Assembly: GCA_047495785.1 (NCBI GenBank)
Contig: JBLDXI010000015.1
Coordinates: forward strand, 806,001 to 870,000
DNA length: 64,000 nucleotides
From: Lepidodermella squamata
Lineage: Eukaryota > Animalia > Gastrotricha
Direction of reading: 5' to 3'
Positions 63,481-64,000 of this stretch are shown piece by piece. The position numbers and the translations under genes are program-made. The notes beneath the pieces are model-generated. The model did not search any database. It saw only the letters and a program-made list of their open reading frames with translations, and was not told the DNA's origin. Position 1 is the first letter of the stretch; each line of letters starts with the position of its first letter.

Positions 63481-64000
63481 TAAGGCAAGGCAGAGATCAA
63501 TTCATTAAACGGTCAAGTTAGCGCTGGAACCTGCAAGCTCGAAGTGTTGGTGGTGCAAATACTTGCATCCATCTCTCAATAAATGTCTGCCTTCGTGTTG
63601 TACTACAAAAGGAACCACGCTGCGCTACCCGAAGATTAATTTGAAGTTCAAACCTTTCGTAAATACTTTGACATTTACGTAGAATTAGCTCTTTTTTCCC
63701 AGATTCGCGTCTTCACCTTCACTACTACCTCACCTCAAGCACTAACTAGGACAGATAATTGAAGGTATGAAAAGGCATATTATTTTTCATGTCACAAGAA
63801 GAAGTCCTAATCATTGTATTAGAATATTTCCCTTTTTCAAATTTTCTTCCGGGCTTGGGTAAGGACTCTTCTCTTACTGCGTGTCTCCTTCACGGATATG
63901 TAATTCGGTAACTCTGAACCGCGTTAGTTTATTGCTTCGATAAACTAGTTCCTGAATTCTTTTAATGAAGCCAATTTCCATTCAAAATAATCTTTTTGAA

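Overview
Eukaryotic, most likely invertebrate animal, genomic DNA with compact GT-AG introns, many 45-60 nt. Exons were joined by hand from splice signals and reading frame. In order, the window holds: an 8-exon SLC35G/EamA transporter; a small heat-shock protein with a long PSTFGG repeat N-terminus; four related C2H2 zinc-finger genes surrounding a catalytically altered trypsin-like gene; a fifth C2H2 gene; two intronless ECI2-like crotonase paralogs; a 3-exon SLC5A7-like sodium:solute symporter; CLYBL; ZNF622/REI1; two divergent Cys-loop receptor paralogs; and a rearranged HSP70 pseudogene that forms an inverted repeat. The most notable feature lies in intron 1 of the SLC5A7-like gene: a 5.9-kb element (40514-46377) with perfect 17-bp terminal inverted repeats, a TAATA direct repeat on each side and co-oriented TGCTCAA arrays at both ends. 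It carries a PB1-like/Myb-like gene and a spliced tyrosine recombinase gene of about 761 aa. The ORF track does not show the recombinase because a nested CR1/L2-type LINE and two introns split it. Removing the LINE at its GATGAT duplication and splicing the introns restores one reading frame with the R, K, R, H and Y catalytic residues. This is a Crypton-like element with unusual architecture. Family assignments come from motif recognition only; no database search was run.
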